Shown here: positions 46,103 through 55,931 of the stretch, piece after piece
Layout: every line of letters begins with the position of its first letter
Numbering within the stretch: position 1 is the first letter of the stretch
From: Bacteroidota bacterium
GTDB lineage: Bacteria > Bacteroidota > Bacteroidia > Bacteroidales > UBA12481
Length of the DNA: 64,000 bases
Direction: 5' to 3'
NCBI GenBank assembly: GCA_043797975.1
Contig: JAZDPC010000039.1
Coordinates: forward strand, 25,659-89,658
Made by a program: the position numbers and the translations under genes
Notes under the pieces: model-generated
The model's input: only the letters and a program-made list of their open reading frames with translations
The model's database searches: none
What the model was told of the DNA's origin: nothing

Positions 46103-47137
46103 ATGGAATTCACAGCCTCGCAAATAGCCGGTTTCCTTGATGGTACGGTTGAAGGCGATCCCGAAGCCCGGGTCAATGACGTTTCCCGCATTGAGGACAG
46201 CTGCCCGGGATCACTGAGCTTTCTGGCTAATATGAAGTACCAGACCTACCTATATAAAACCACCGCTACTGTTGTTTTAGTCAGGAACGATTTTGTGCCG
46301 TCACAGCCTGTCCCTTGTACCTTGGTGCGGGTTGATGATCCTTACCGTTCTTTGGCCCGCCTGCTGGCAATGGTCGAAAAGCGTCCGAACCGCACAGGTA
46401 TCGAACCTATGGCTTTTGTTCATGAAGAGGCAACACTTGGCAAGGATGTATATGTCGGCGCATTTTCCTATATCAGCAAGAAAGCCCGGATCGGTAACAA
46501 TGTCAAAATTTTTCCGCAGGTCTATATCAGTGAAGAGGTAGTGATCGGTGATAATACATGGATTTATTCAGGAGCCCGGATCCATAACAATTCCATTATT
46601 GGCAGCCACTGTATCATCCACAGCGGCGTAGTGATCGGAGGCGACGGGTTTGGATTCGCTCCGGTTTCAGGAAGTGATTTTACCAAAGTGCCCCAGATCG
46701 GGAATGTGGTGATTGAGGATTATGTCGAGATCGGATCCAATACAACCATTGACCGCGCTACTATTGGCTCCACGATCATCCGGAAAGGAGTTAAGCTCGA
46801 TAATCTGATTCAGATCGCTCATAATGTCGAAATTGGTGAGAACACGGTTATTGCAGCCCAGACGGGTGTGTCAGGATCCACACGTATCGGGAAAAATTGC
46901 ATGATCGGCGGACAAGTCGGGATCATCGGTCATATCACCATTGCCGACGGTACCCGCATCGCGGCTCAGAGTGGCCTTGGACAATCGATCCGGGAAACCG
47001 ACACCGCTGTACAGGGGAGCCCGGCCTTTGAAGTTATGCCCTATCAAAGGGCATATGTCTATTTCAGGAAGCTTCCTGAAATAGTCGACCGGCTCAGGCG
47101 ACTCGAATCGGGTGACCACATACAGGATAAAGAATGA
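46103..47137 (+). CDS. lpxD: UDP-3-O-acylglucosamine N-acyltransferase
   Basis: 344 aa with left-handed beta-helix hexapeptide repeats and the lpxD-lpxC/fabZ-lpxA order. Confidence 0.93.
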   Translation: MEFTASQIAGFLDGTVEGDPEARVNDVSRIEDSCPGSLSFLANMKYQTYLYKTTATVVLVRNDFVPSQPVPCTLVRVDDPYRSLARLLAMVEKRPNRTGIEPMAFVHEEATLGKDVYVGAFSYISKKARIGNNVKIFPQVYISEEVVIGDNTWIYSGARIHNNSIIGSHCIIHSGVVIGGDGFGFAPVSGSDFTKVPQIGNVVIEDYVEIGSNTTIDRATIGSTIIRKGVKLDNLIQIAHNVEIGENTVIAAQTGVSGSTRIGKNCMIGGQVGIIGHITIADGTRIAAQSGLGQSIRETDTAVQGSPAFEVMPYQRAYVYFRKLPEIVDRLRRLESGDHIQDKE

Positions 47138-47169
47138 GCCCAATAATTTTAAGGTTAGACCCAAAATCC

Positions 47170-47177
47170 TATTTTTG
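47170..47177 (+). promoter_or_regulatory. candidate internal -7 promoter box (TATTTTTG) upstream of lpxC-fabZ
   Basis: Matches TAnnTTTG, 26 nt upstream of the ATG at 47203. Confidence 0.35.
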
Positions 47178-47202
47178 CACAATTATTTCAGGGAAAAACT
47201 GA

Positions 47203-48606
47203 ATGACGGTTAAACAAAAGACTATTACAAAAAGCGTAACCCTATCGGGCACCGGGCTTCACACCGGCACCGAGGTCAGTGTAACCTTTCACCCAGCAGC
47301 AGAAAATTCAGGAATTGTTTTTGAACGGACTGATCTGCCTGGCCGGCCCCAAATAAAAGCTTTGGCGGAAAATGTTGCAGATACTTCCAGAAATACGGTG
47401 CTCGAAGATAATGGTACCCGTATCGGGATGGTCGAACATGCCCTGTCTGCCATATCCGGTCTTGAACTCGATAACGTCCTGATTACCCTTGACGGACCTG
47501 AAATGCCCATCCTTGACGGTAGCGCCCGTAACTATCTGGACGCGTTGAAGACGGCCGGAATTACAACAATGGAGGCCGACCGTGAAGTGTTTGAAATCCG
47601 GGAACCGATAGTCTATTCCGATGAAGAAAAGGGCGTTGAAATCATGGCCCTTCCGGCTGAAGAGTTCAACCTCAGTGTGATGATCGACTATAACTCGGCA
47701 GTCCTGGGTAATCAATACGCCAGTCTGTCCCGGATGTCGGATTTTTCAACTCAGATTGCCTCTGCCCGTACATTTGTTTTTTTCAGGGAGCTTGAAGTGC
47801 TCTGGAGATCGGATCTCATCAAAGGCGGCAGCCTTGACAATGCAATAGTCATTCTGGAACGGGAGGTTACCCAAACAGAACTCGACCGGGTAGCCGACCT
47901 GATAGGCAAGCCGAGAGTGCAAGACCAGGCACAGGGGATCCTGAGTACAACAAAACTTGAATTCTCCAATGAACCTGCCAGGCATAAGCTCCTCGACCTG
48001 ATTGGCGATCTCAGGCTGATCGGCACGCCCTTGAAAGGCAAGATCATCGCCACGCGCCCCGGGCATTTCGCCAACGTTGAATTTGCTAAACTTGTTAAAC
48101 AGGCCATCAAAAAGGAAAAGAACCGGAATATTGTTCCGGCTTTTGATCCCAATGTAAAACCGGTGTATGATATCAATCAGATAATGAGCATGATGCCTCA
48201 CCGGCCGCCTTTCCTGTTGATAGACCGGATCATTGACATTACCGAAACAGGGATACTGGGACTTAAGAACGTGACCATGAACGAACCCTTCTTTACCGGT
48301 CACTTCCCGGATGAACCGGTCATGCCGGGAGTCCTGATCGTCGAGGCCATGGCGCAGTGCGGAGGAATCCTGGTCATGCATTCCCTTGATAACCCGAAAG
48401 AATACAGTACTTATTTTCTTAGGATTGATAATGTCAGGTTTAAACGTAAAGTTGTACCCGGCGATACCCTGCTTTTCAAACTTGAACTTCTGGAACCGAT
48501 ACGTCGGGGGATTGTGCGCATGCGTGCTCAGGCTTTCGTTGGAGAAGAACTGGCAACTGAAGGTGAAATGATGGCACAGGTAGTCAGGAATAAGGAAAAC
48601 AAATAG
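47203..48606 (+). CDS. lpxC-fabZ: bifunctional UDP-3-O-acyl-GlcNAc deacetylase / 3-hydroxyacyl-ACP dehydratase
   Basis: 467 aa. The N-terminal LpxC part has GTGLHTG, VEHALSA and HKLLDLIGDL. The C-terminal FabZ hot-dog part has PHRPPFLLIDRI and FFTGHFPDEPVMPGVL. This fusion is typical of Bacteroidota. Confidence 0.93.
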   Translation: MTVKQKTITKSVTLSGTGLHTGTEVSVTFHPAAENSGIVFERTDLPGRPQIKALAENVADTSRNTVLEDNGTRIGMVEHALSAISGLELDNVLITLDGPEMPILDGSARNYLDALKTAGITTMEADREVFEIREPIVYSDEEKGVEIMALPAEEFNLSVMIDYNSAVLGNQYASLSRMSDFSTQIASARTFVFFRELEVLWRSDLIKGGSLDNAIVILEREVTQTELDRVADLIGKPRVQDQAQGILSTTKLEFSNEPARHKLLDLIGDLRLIGTPLKGKIIATRPGHFANVEFAKLVKQAIKKEKNRNIVPAFDPNVKPVYDINQIMSMMPHRPPFLLIDRIIDITETGILGLKNVTMNEPFFTGHFPDEPVMPGVLIVEAMAQCGGILVMHSLDNPKEYSTYFLRIDNVRFKRKVVPGDTLLFKLELLEPIRRGIVRMRAQAFVGEELATEGEMMAQVVRNKENK

Positions 48607-48613
48607 ACAACTA

Positions 48614-49405
48614 ATGATACACCCTCTTGCTTCTGTTCATCCTGGAGCCAAAGTGGCCGACGGTGCCATCATTGATCCTTTCGTTACCATAGCCCGGGAC
48701 GTTGAAGTCGGGGAGGGTACCTGGGTGGGCCCTCATGCGGTTATTATGGACGGAGCCCGGATCGGAATTAATTGTAAAATCTTTCCCGGGTCGGTGATTT
48801 CCGCCATACCCCAGGATATGAAATATAAAGGCGAGAAAACACAGGTATTGGTCGGTGACAGGACCGTTATCCGGGAATGTGTTACGATCAACAAAGGAAC
48901 AGCCTCATTCGGACAAACCATCATTGGGAAAGAGTGCCTTTTGATGGCCTACAGTCACGTAGCACATGATTGCCGGATCGGCGATCATGTTATTCTTACC
49001 AATTATGTCGGACTTGCGGGCGAGATTGAAATCGGGGATTATGCCATCCTGGGCGGACAGACCGGCGTTCACCAGTTTGTCAGGATCGGAGCCCATACCA
49101 TGATACAGGGAGGATCAAAGGTGGGAAAGGATGTACCTCCTTTTGTTACCGCAGGAAGAGATCCGCTCCGGTTTGAAGGGATTAACGTGATCGGATTACG
49201 CCGCCGGGGATTTTCGGAAGAGCTTATCGAGGAGATACATGAGATATACCGCTTTGTTTATCAGCGCGGATTAAATACCAGCCAGGCTCTGGAACGAATC
49301 GAACAGGAACTCCTTGGAAACGGAGAGCGCGATATGATCGTTTCTTTCATCCGGCACTCTAAGCGCGGGATCATCAAGGGCCCCTTTGACGAACTGGAAT
49401 TGTAA
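48614..49405 (+). CDS. lpxA: acyl-ACP--UDP-N-acetylglucosamine O-acyltransferase
   Basis: 263 aa with hexapeptide repeats and the C-terminal helical domain (GLRRRGFS...). Confidence 0.93.
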   Translation: MIHPLASVHPGAKVADGAIIDPFVTIARDVEVGEGTWVGPHAVIMDGARIGINCKIFPGSVISAIPQDMKYKGEKTQVLVGDRTVIRECVTINKGTASFGQTIIGKECLLMAYSHVAHDCRIGDHVILTNYVGLAGEIEIGDYAILGGQTGVHQFVRIGAHTMIQGGSKVGKDVPPFVTAGRDPLRFEGINVIGLRRRGFSEELIEEIHEIYRFVYQRGLNTSQALERIEQELLGNGERDMIVSFIRHSKRGIIKGPFDELEL

Positions 49406-49415
49406 AGCCGCAAAA

Positions 49416-50465
49416 TCAGCTGTCCCGGTCAACAGGAAATGCATTCCAGCCGGCCGCTTTCAGCGGGATGGCGGTTTTATCCGGAAGAATGAGCTGATTC
49501 CCCTCTTTTTCATCAACCATGTGGCCGATTACTGAAATTCCGGGTATTCCTTTCAAAATTGGCAGGTCATCCGGAGAGACCGTAAAAAGGATCTCATAAT
49601 CTTCCCCTCCATTCAGGGCTGCAACCAGCGGACTCATGTAAAGATCATCCGCCATTCTGGCCGTTTCGTCATGGATCGGGATTGTCCCGCCCTGAAGGAT
49701 GCAACCGGTTCCGGATGCTTCGCATACATGCAACAGGTCCGACGATAATCCGTCAGAAATGTCGATCATGGCAGTGGGTTTGATCCCTTTCTCGTGCAAT
49801 AACTTTACCAGGCCTCGTTGGGCTTCCGGTTTGAGTTGCCTTTCAATTAGGTAAGGGTATGAATCGAGATTCGGGATGTATCCGGGATCCTCCTTAAATA
49901 GCCTGTTTTCCCTTTGCAGTAAAAGCAACCCCATGTATGCGGAACCCAGATCCCCGGTAACACAAATGTAATCCCCAGGCCGCGCCCCGCTTCGGTATAC
50001 CAGCTGCTCCGGCGGGGCAGTACCCAGGGCTGTAATGCTGATAATCAATCCGGTAAGACTGGAAGAGGTGTCTCCGCCGACAATGTCCGTATCATAAACC
50101 GAACAGGCCAGCTTAATGCCGGCATACAGGTCTTCAATGGCCCGGAAGCTCATCTTTGCTGAAATCCCCAGGCTGACTGTTATCTGGAGGGGTACGGCGT
50201 TCATGGCGAAAACATCCGACAGGTTTACTATGACCGATTTATAACCCAGATGCCTGAGGGGCATATAGGTCAGGTCAAAATGAATGCCTTCCAGGAGAAG
50301 ATCCGTGGTCACCACAATATGCACCCCTGAATGATCCAAAACGGCGGCATCATCACCAATCCCTTTCCGGGTGCTGGGATTGTGCAGAGTGATGTCTGAG
50401 GTCAGTTTCCGGATCAAACCAAATTCCCCCAGGGACGATAATCCGCTAATCTTCCTGTCTTCCAT
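49416..50465 (-). CDS. thiL: thiamine-monophosphate kinase
   Basis: AIR synthase-related fold with [16 protein letters not shown], and [10 protein letters not shown]. The ATG at 50463-50465 is preferred over the TTG at 50471. Confidence 0.88.
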   Translation of the reverse strand: MEDRKISGLSSLGEFGLIRKLTSDITLHNPSTRKGIGDDAAVLDHSGVHIVVTTDLLLEGIHFDLTYMPLRHLGYKSVIVNLSDVFAMNAVPLQITVSLGISAKMSFRAIEDLYAGIKLACSVYDTDIVGGDTSSSLTGLIISITALGTAPPEQLVYRSGARPGDYICVTGDLGSAYMGLLLLQRENRLFKEDPGYIPNLDSYPYLIERQLKPEAQRGLVKLLHEKGIKPTAMIDISDGLSSDLLHVCEASGTGCILQGGTIPIHDETARMADDLYMSPLVAALNGGEDYEILFTVSPDDLPILKGIPGISVIGHMVDEKEGNQLILPDKTAIPLKAAGWNAFPVDRDS

Positions 50466-50490
50466 GTACAATTGTCCTTCAGTTACGTTT

Positions 50491-50498
50491 CAAAATTA
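50491..50498 (-). promoter_or_regulatory. candidate -7 promoter box (TAATTTTG on the minus strand) for thiL
   Basis: Matches TAnnTTTG, 26 nt upstream of the thiL ATG. Confidence 0.4.
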
Positions 50499-50503
50499 GC
50501 ATA

Positions 50504-50527
50504 TCCGGCAGGATTTATCCTGCCGGA
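50504..50527. promoter_or_regulatory. perfect 10-bp inverted repeat (TCCGGCAGGA-TTTA-TCCTGCCGGA) between the divergent thiL and sufB promoters
   Basis: Read directly from the sequence. It sits where the upstream promoter element of thiL would lie. Confidence 0.4.
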
Positions 50528-50546
50528 ATATTTACTTTTTGCTTTC

Positions 50547-50567
50547 TATTTAGAAATATTCTAAATA
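50547..50567. promoter_or_regulatory. perfect 9-3-9 palindrome TATTTAGAA-ATA-TTCTAAATA overlapping the sufB promoter (candidate operator)
   Basis: Read directly from the sequence. Its right arm overlaps the TAACTTTG -7 box at 50566-50573 by two bases. Confidence 0.45.
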
Positions 50568-50573
50568 ACTTTG
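50566..50573 (+). promoter_or_regulatory. candidate -7 promoter box (TAACTTTG) for the suf operon
   Basis: Matches TAnnTTTG, 33 nt upstream of the sufB ATG at 50606. Confidence 0.45.
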
Positions 50574-50605
50574 TGCGCTTTTGTAATGTTGAATTTCTTA
50601 CGATC

Positions 50606-52054
50606 ATGAATTCCGAACAGAATCAGATCATTGGTCAGGTCACCCAGAGTGAATATAAATATGGTTTTATCACCGACGTTAACAACGATACCCTGCCAAA
50701 AGGTCTGAATGAAGATATTATCCGCCGGATTTCGCTGAAGAAAAATGAGCCAGAATGGATGCTTGATTTCAGGCTTAAGTCTTATAATCACTGGTTAACG
50801 CTGAAATTGCCAACGTGGGCTCACTTGAAGCTTCCCGAAATTGATTATCAGAATATCATTTATTATTCGGCACCCGTCCACAAAAAAAAGCCTGATAACT
50901 TAGATGAAGTTGATCCGGAACTGGTGAGGACTTTTGACAAGCTGGGAATTTCCCTGGATGAGCAGAAACGCTTGAGCGGAGTGGCGGTGGATGCTGTTAT
51001 GGACAGTATCTCCGTGAAGACCACTTTCCGCGAAACATTGGCTGAACAAGGGATCATCTTCTGTTCGTTCAGCGAAGCGGTCAGGGAACACCCTGAACTG
51101 GTCAGGAAATACCTGGGCTCCGTGGTTCCTTACCGGGACAATTATTTTGCAGCTCTGAACTCTGCGGTTTTCAGCGATGGCTCTTTTGTTTTTATCCCGA
51201 AAGGAGTCCGGTGCCCTATGGAGCTGTCTACCTATTTCAGGATTAATGCTGCCAATACCGGTCAGTTTGAAAGGACACTGATAGTTGCTGAAGAGGGCGC
51301 CTATGTTTCGTACCTCGAAGGCTGCACCGCTCCCAGGAGGGATGAGAACCAGCTTCATGCGGCCATAGTCGAGATTATTGCTCATACCGATGCGGAAGTT
51401 AAATACTCAACCGTTCAGAACTGGTATCCCGGTGATAAGGAGGGGCGGGGCGGCATCTATAATTTTGTTACAAAACGCGGACTCTGCATGGGCGACCGGT
51501 CGAAAATATCGTGGACGCAGGTTGAAACCGGTTCGGCCATCACCTGGAAATATCCTTCCTGCGTGTTGCGCGGCGACAGTTCGGTGGGCGAGTTCTACAG
51601 CGTTGCCGTCACCAACAATCACCAGCAGGCCGACACCGGAACCAAGATGATCCATCTGGGTAAAAACACCAGAAGTATCATTGTATCGAAAGGCATATCG
51701 GCCGGTGTCAGCCAGAACAGTTACCGCGGCCTCGTAAGGATTTCGAAGAATGCCGAAAATGCCCGCAACCATTCCCAGTGCGATTCGCTATTGCTGGGAG
51801 ACAAATGCGGTGCCCATACTTTCCCCTATATCGAGGTTGATAACCAGTCCGCCATTGTCGAACATGAAGCAACCACCTCGAAGATCGGGGAAGACCAGAT
51901 TTTTTACTGCAATCAGAGAGGCATCGATACGGAAACAGCTGTCGGACTGATTGTCAACGGCTATGCAAAAGAAGTTCTTAACAAGCTCCCGATGGAGTTT
52001 GCAGTTGAAGCTCAGAAGCTGCTGCAGATCACATTGGAGGGCAGTATAGGATAG
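50606..52054 (+). CDS. sufB: Fe-S cluster assembly protein SufB
   Basis: 482 aa from the ATG at 50606. Highly conserved SufB sequence ([37 protein letters not shown]). Confidence 0.95.
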   Translation: MNSEQNQIIGQVTQSEYKYGFITDVNNDTLPKGLNEDIIRRISLKKNEPEWMLDFRLKSYNHWLTLKLPTWAHLKLPEIDYQNIIYYSAPVHKKKPDNLDEVDPELVRTFDKLGISLDEQKRLSGVAVDAVMDSISVKTTFRETLAEQGIIFCSFSEAVREHPELVRKYLGSVVPYRDNYFAALNSAVFSDGSFVFIPKGVRCPMELSTYFRINAANTGQFERTLIVAEEGAYVSYLEGCTAPRRDENQLHAAIVEIIAHTDAEVKYSTVQNWYPGDKEGRGGIYNFVTKRGLCMGDRSKISWTQVETGSAITWKYPSCVLRGDSSVGEFYSVAVTNNHQQADTGTKMIHLGKNTRSIIVSKGISAGVSQNSYRGLVRISKNAENARNHSQCDSLLLGDKCGAHTFPYIEVDNQSAIVEHEATTSKIGEDQIFYCNQRGIDTETAVGLIVNGYAKEVLNKLPMEFAVEAQKLLQITLEGSIG

Positions 52055-52134
52055 TGATAAGTGACCACTGGCGTTCAAATCGTCACTCGTCACTTGTCAC
52101 TTGTCACTCTTAAATCGTAAATTGTAAATCGTAA
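52052..52134. repeat. Composite heptamer-repeat spacer between sufB and sufC
   Basis: TAGTGAT/AAGTGAC at 52052-52065 contains the sufB TAG stop. CGTCACT x2 and TGTCACT x2 lie at 52081-52108, the reverse complement of the AGTGAC unit. TAAATCG/TAAATTG/TAAATCG/TAAATG lie at 52111-52137 and run into the sufC ATG. Confidence 0.9.
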
Positions 52135-52881
52135 ATGCTTACCATCACAAACCTGCATGCTTCCATAGAGGGAAAAGAGATCCTGAGAGGTATCGACCTT
52201 CAGGTTAATGCCGGAGAAGTTCATGCCATTATGGGTCCCAACGGATCGGGGAAAAGCACACTCTCGGCCGTACTGGCCGGACGTGAATTGTTCACTGTTA
52301 CCAGTGGGGAAGTGATCTATAACGGGAAAAACCTTCTTTCCATGCCGCCTGAAATCCGTGCCCGCGAGGGTATCTTCCTGGGATTTCAGTATCCGGTCGA
52401 GATACCGGGTGTTTCGATGGTGAACTTCATGCGCACGGCTGTTAATGAGCAACGCAAATACCGGGGTCAGCCCGAGCTGGGAGCAAGTGATTTCCTGAAG
52501 CTCATGCGCGAGAAAAAATCACTGGTTGAGCTGGATTCAGCTCTTACTCACCGTTCGGTTAATGAAGGATTTTCAGGTGGTGAAAAGAAACGCAACGAAA
52601 TTTTTCAGATGGCCTTGCTGGAACCCAGGCTGGCTATTCTGGATGAAACGGATTCAGGCCTGGATATTGACGCACTCAAAACCGTTGCTGCCGGGGTCAA
52701 CCAGTTAAAGGGCCCTGATAAGGCAATAATTGTTATTACTCATTATCAACGCTTGCTTGATTATATTGTACCCGATTTCGTCCATGTCCCGTATGCCGGA
52801 CGCATCGTTAAGTCGGGCGACAAGACTCTTGCCTATGAGCTTGAGGAAAAGGGGTATGACTGGATCAAGGAAACCAACTGA
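52135..52881 (+). CDS. sufC: Fe-S cluster assembly ATPase SufC
   Basis: 248 aa ABC ATPase with Walker A GPNGSGKST, signature FSGGEKKR and Walker B ILDETDSGLD. Confidence 0.95.
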   Translation: MLTITNLHASIEGKEILRGIDLQVNAGEVHAIMGPNGSGKSTLSAVLAGRELFTVTSGEVIYNGKNLLSMPPEIRAREGIFLGFQYPVEIPGVSMVNFMRTAVNEQRKYRGQPELGASDFLKLMREKKSLVELDSALTHRSVNEGFSGGEKKRNEIFQMALLEPRLAILDETDSGLDIDALKTVAAGVNQLKGPDKAIIVITHYQRLLDYIVPDFVHVPYAGRIVKSGDKTLAYELEEKGYDWIKETN

Positions 52882-52885
52882 TGCC

Positions 52886-54265
52886 ATGATGGACACATTG
52901 CTTGAAAAACCAATTCTCGACAACCAGCTGGCGGATTGGTATTTTATGAACCGCGATCAGCTCATGGCTTCATCCAGCTCCGTCTTTAATGCCCTGAGGC
53001 CGGAGGCTATGGAGTACTTCCGGTTGCTGGGAGTGCCAGACCGGTCGCTCGAGAATTACAAGTATACCGATATCCGCGAAGCGTTCCTGTCACCCATGAA
53101 CCGGTATATTGAGCCCCGGAAGATCCTTTTTTCAGTGGAAGATCTTTTTCACTGCGATATACCGGAGCTTGATACCGAACTGATTTTGCTGGTCAACGGC
53201 TGGTTTTATGAGAACCGTCCCAAGATCCAAACCCTGTCAAACGGGATCATCATTGGTTCCATGGCCGAGGCTGCCCGCAAGTATCCCGACCTGTTGAAAA
53301 AGCATTATTCCAGATATGCTGATTACAAAAAAGATGGCCTTGTCGCACTCAACACGGCTTTCGCCCAGGATGGCACTTTTGTATATGTACCGAAAGGAAC
53401 CGGTCACGACCGGGCCGTTCAGATAGTTAATCTGCTACTGTCGCCGGACAACCTTTTCGTTCAGCACAGGAACCTGGTTATCGTTGAAGATAAGGCTATG
53501 GCCAGGGTGGTTGTCTGCGACCATTCCCTTTCCGCTCATCATTTCCTTACGAATACGGTGACTGAGATTTATGTGGGAGAGAATGCCAGGCTTGATTACC
53601 TGAAATTGCAAAACGAACATAACAATTCGAGCCAGTTTTCATCCTCATTTGTCCACCAGGAAAAAAACAGCCAGGCAATCTTCAACACGATTACCCTCCA
53701 CGGAGGGCTGATCAGGAATAATATCAATATACGCCTGAACGGTGAAGGAGCTGAGAATAATACCCTTGGACTGTTTCTGGCTGACAGGACGCAACATATT
53801 GACAGTTATACTTTTGTGGATCATGCTGTCCCGAATTGCACCAGTAATCAGAATTTCAAGGGAATTTTGGATGAGCAGGCCACCGGTGCCTTTACCGGAC
53901 GCATCCTGGTACGGCCCCAGGCTCAGAAAACCAGGGCTTATCAGGCTAATAACAATATTATGCTGACCAATGAGGCCAGGATGAATACCAGGCCACAGCT
54001 TGAGATCTATGCGGATGATGTAAAATGCAGCCATGGGGCAACTGTTGGCCAGCTCGATGAGAACGCGCTGTTTTATATGCAAACAAGGGGAATTTCAAAA
54101 AAAGATGCCCGACTGTTGCTGATGAGCGCATTCGGCAATGAGATACTGAAGCAGGTCCAGGTTGAACCCCTTCGTGACCGGCTTGCCGATCTGGTCGAAA
54201 AAAGACTGCACGGCGAATTGTCGAGATGCAACAGTTGCCCGCTCCAATGCCAGGAAACCTGTTAG
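52886..54265 (+). CDS. sufD: Fe-S cluster assembly protein SufD
   Basis: The ATG at 52886 lies 5 nt after the sufC stop. SufB/D beta-helix C-terminal region (RPQLEIYADDVKCSHGATVGQLDENALFYMQTRG). The longer ORF-track start overlaps sufC and is unlikely. Confidence 0.9.
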   Translation: MMDTLLEKPILDNQLADWYFMNRDQLMASSSSVFNALRPEAMEYFRLLGVPDRSLENYKYTDIREAFLSPMNRYIEPRKILFSVEDLFHCDIPELDTELILLVNGWFYENRPKIQTLSNGIIIGSMAEAARKYPDLLKKHYSRYADYKKDGLVALNTAFAQDGTFVYVPKGTGHDRAVQIVNLLLSPDNLFVQHRNLVIVEDKAMARVVVCDHSLSAHHFLTNTVTEIYVGENARLDYLKLQNEHNNSSQFSSSFVHQEKNSQAIFNTITLHGGLIRNNINIRLNGEGAENNTLGLFLADRTQHIDSYTFVDHAVPNCTSNQNFKGILDEQATGAFTGRILVRPQAQKTRAYQANNNIMLTNEARMNTRPQLEIYADDVKCSHGATVGQLDENALFYMQTRGISKKDARLLLMSAFGNEILKQVQVEPLRDRLADLVEKRLHGELSRCNSCPLQCQETC

Positions 54266-54268
54266 AGT

Positions 54269-55492
54269 ATGAATACATTTCCCGTTCAACGAATCCGTGA
54301 AGATTTTCCGATCCTGCACCAGCAGGTTTACGGAAAGGACCTGGTTTACTTCGACAACGGGGCTACCACTCAGAAACCGGTCTCTGTGATCGAAACGATC
54401 AACCGGCTTCACCGTGAACAAAACGCTTCCATTCACCGTTCGGTCAACTTCCTGAGCGAGAGGATGACACAGTCGTATGAAGAAGCCAGGGAAACCATCC
54501 GGCAATTCATGGGGGCCGGTAAAATCTCAGAGATCATTTTTACTTCCGGTGCAACTGCCTCCATCAATGCTGTGGCTTTTTCATTCGGAGAAGCCGTTTT
54601 GGAACCCGGTGATGAAGTGCTCATATCGGCTATGGAACATCATTCCAATATTGTGCCCTGGCAAATGACCTGCCAGCGGCACGGGGCAAGGCTTAAAGTG
54701 ATACCCATAACGGATGACGGTGAGATTGACATGGATGCCTACCGGCTGTTGTTTTCCGGGAAAACCAGAATTGTAGCCATTGCGCATGTTTCCAATACGC
54801 TTGGCACTATTAATCCGGTTAAGGAAATGATCAGGATAGCTCATGGGCATAAAGTGCCTGTCCTGGTTGACGGTGCCCAGGCAATCCAGCATCAGAAAGT
54901 GAATGTGACCGATCTTGACTGTGATTTCTACGCTTTTTCAGGGCACAAGATTTACGGGCCCACCGGAATCGGGATCCTTTACGGCAAGGAATCGTGGCTC
55001 GACCGGTTGCCTCCATGGCAGGGGGGCGGGGATATGATCGACCAGGTTACATTTGAAAAAACGACCTATAACGAACTCCCCTTCAAATTTGAAGCCGGCA
55101 CTACGAATTTCATCGGTGCCGTAGGACTTGCCGAAGCTGTGCGCTATGTCAATGCAACCGGCTTGGATGCCATCAGTGAATACGAAACCGGTCTTAAAGA
55201 CTATACCGCCAAAGTGCTGGGATCTTTCCCGGGGATCCGGATCTATGGTACGGCCAGGGATAAAGTGGCAATTTTCTCCTTTATCCTGAATCAGATCCAT
55301 CCTTTCGATACGGGAATGATCCTCGATAAACTGGGAATTGCCGTGAGAACAGGTACCCATTGTACCATGCCGCTCATGCAGCGGTTCGGGATCGAAGGTA
55401 CGGTGCGTGCATCACTTTGCTTTTACAATACAACCGAAGAGATCGACCGGCTTGCCGCGGGGCTTGGAACGGTGGCCGATTTCTTATCCTGA
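54269..55492 (+). CDS. sufS: cysteine desulfurase SufS (class V aminotransferase, group II)
   Basis: 407 aa with PLP-lysine region FSGHKIYGPTGIG and catalytic Cys region RTGTHCTMPLM. Confidence 0.93.
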   Translation: MNTFPVQRIREDFPILHQQVYGKDLVYFDNGATTQKPVSVIETINRLHREQNASIHRSVNFLSERMTQSYEEARETIRQFMGAGKISEIIFTSGATASINAVAFSFGEAVLEPGDEVLISAMEHHSNIVPWQMTCQRHGARLKVIPITDDGEIDMDAYRLLFSGKTRIVAIAHVSNTLGTINPVKEMIRIAHGHKVPVLVDGAQAIQHQKVNVTDLDCDFYAFSGHKIYGPTGIGILYGKESWLDRLPPWQGGGDMIDQVTFEKTTYNELPFKFEAGTTNFIGAVGLAEAVRYVNATGLDAISEYETGLKDYTAKVLGSFPGIRIYGTARDKVAIFSFILNQIHPFDTGMILDKLGIAVRTGTHCTMPLMQRFGIEGTVRASLCFYNTTEEIDRLAAGLGTVADFLS

Positions 55493-55503
55493 TATACAGA
55501 CTA

Positions 55504-55929
55504 ATGACCATCAAGGAAATTCAACAGGAGATCATTGAGGAATTCTCCGGCTTGGGAGAATGGATGGAACGTTATAACTACCTGATCGAACTTGGGAAGG
55601 ATCTGCCCCTTATCGATCCGGCATTACGGAAAGATGAGTACCTAATCCGGGGATGCCAGTCGAGAGTATGGCTCAATGCCGAACTGATCGATGGTAAAAT
55701 TTCCTATACGGCAGATTCTGATGCCATTATCACCAAAGGCCTGGCTGCACTGATGATCCGGGTATTTACCGATCACACGCCGGCTGAGATTATTGCCGCC
55801 GACCTGGATTTCATCGACGCGATCGGGCTCAAGGAGCACCTTTCGCCCACGCGATCAAACGGGCTGGTTTCCATGGTCAAGCAGATCCGCTATTATGCAC
55901 TGGCCTATCAGGCTAAAATCCAGAACTGA
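55504..55929 (+). CDS. sufE: cysteine desulfuration (sulfur acceptor) protein SufE
   Basis: 141 aa from the ATG at 55504, with the motif IRGCQSRVWL containing the acceptor Cys. Confidence 0.9.
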   Translation: MTIKEIQQEIIEEFSGLGEWMERYNYLIELGKDLPLIDPALRKDEYLIRGCQSRVWLNAELIDGKISYTADSDAIITKGLAALMIRVFTDHTPAEIIAADLDFIDAIGLKEHLSPTRSNGLVSMVKQIRYYALAYQAKIQN

Positions 55930-55931
55930 AC

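Noticed and set aside
52730-52885. Long SufD N-terminal extension overlapping sufC by 150 nt.
   Set aside because: The ATG at 52886, just after the sufC stop, gives a family-typical SufD length (459 aa). The upstream part has no SufD similarity.
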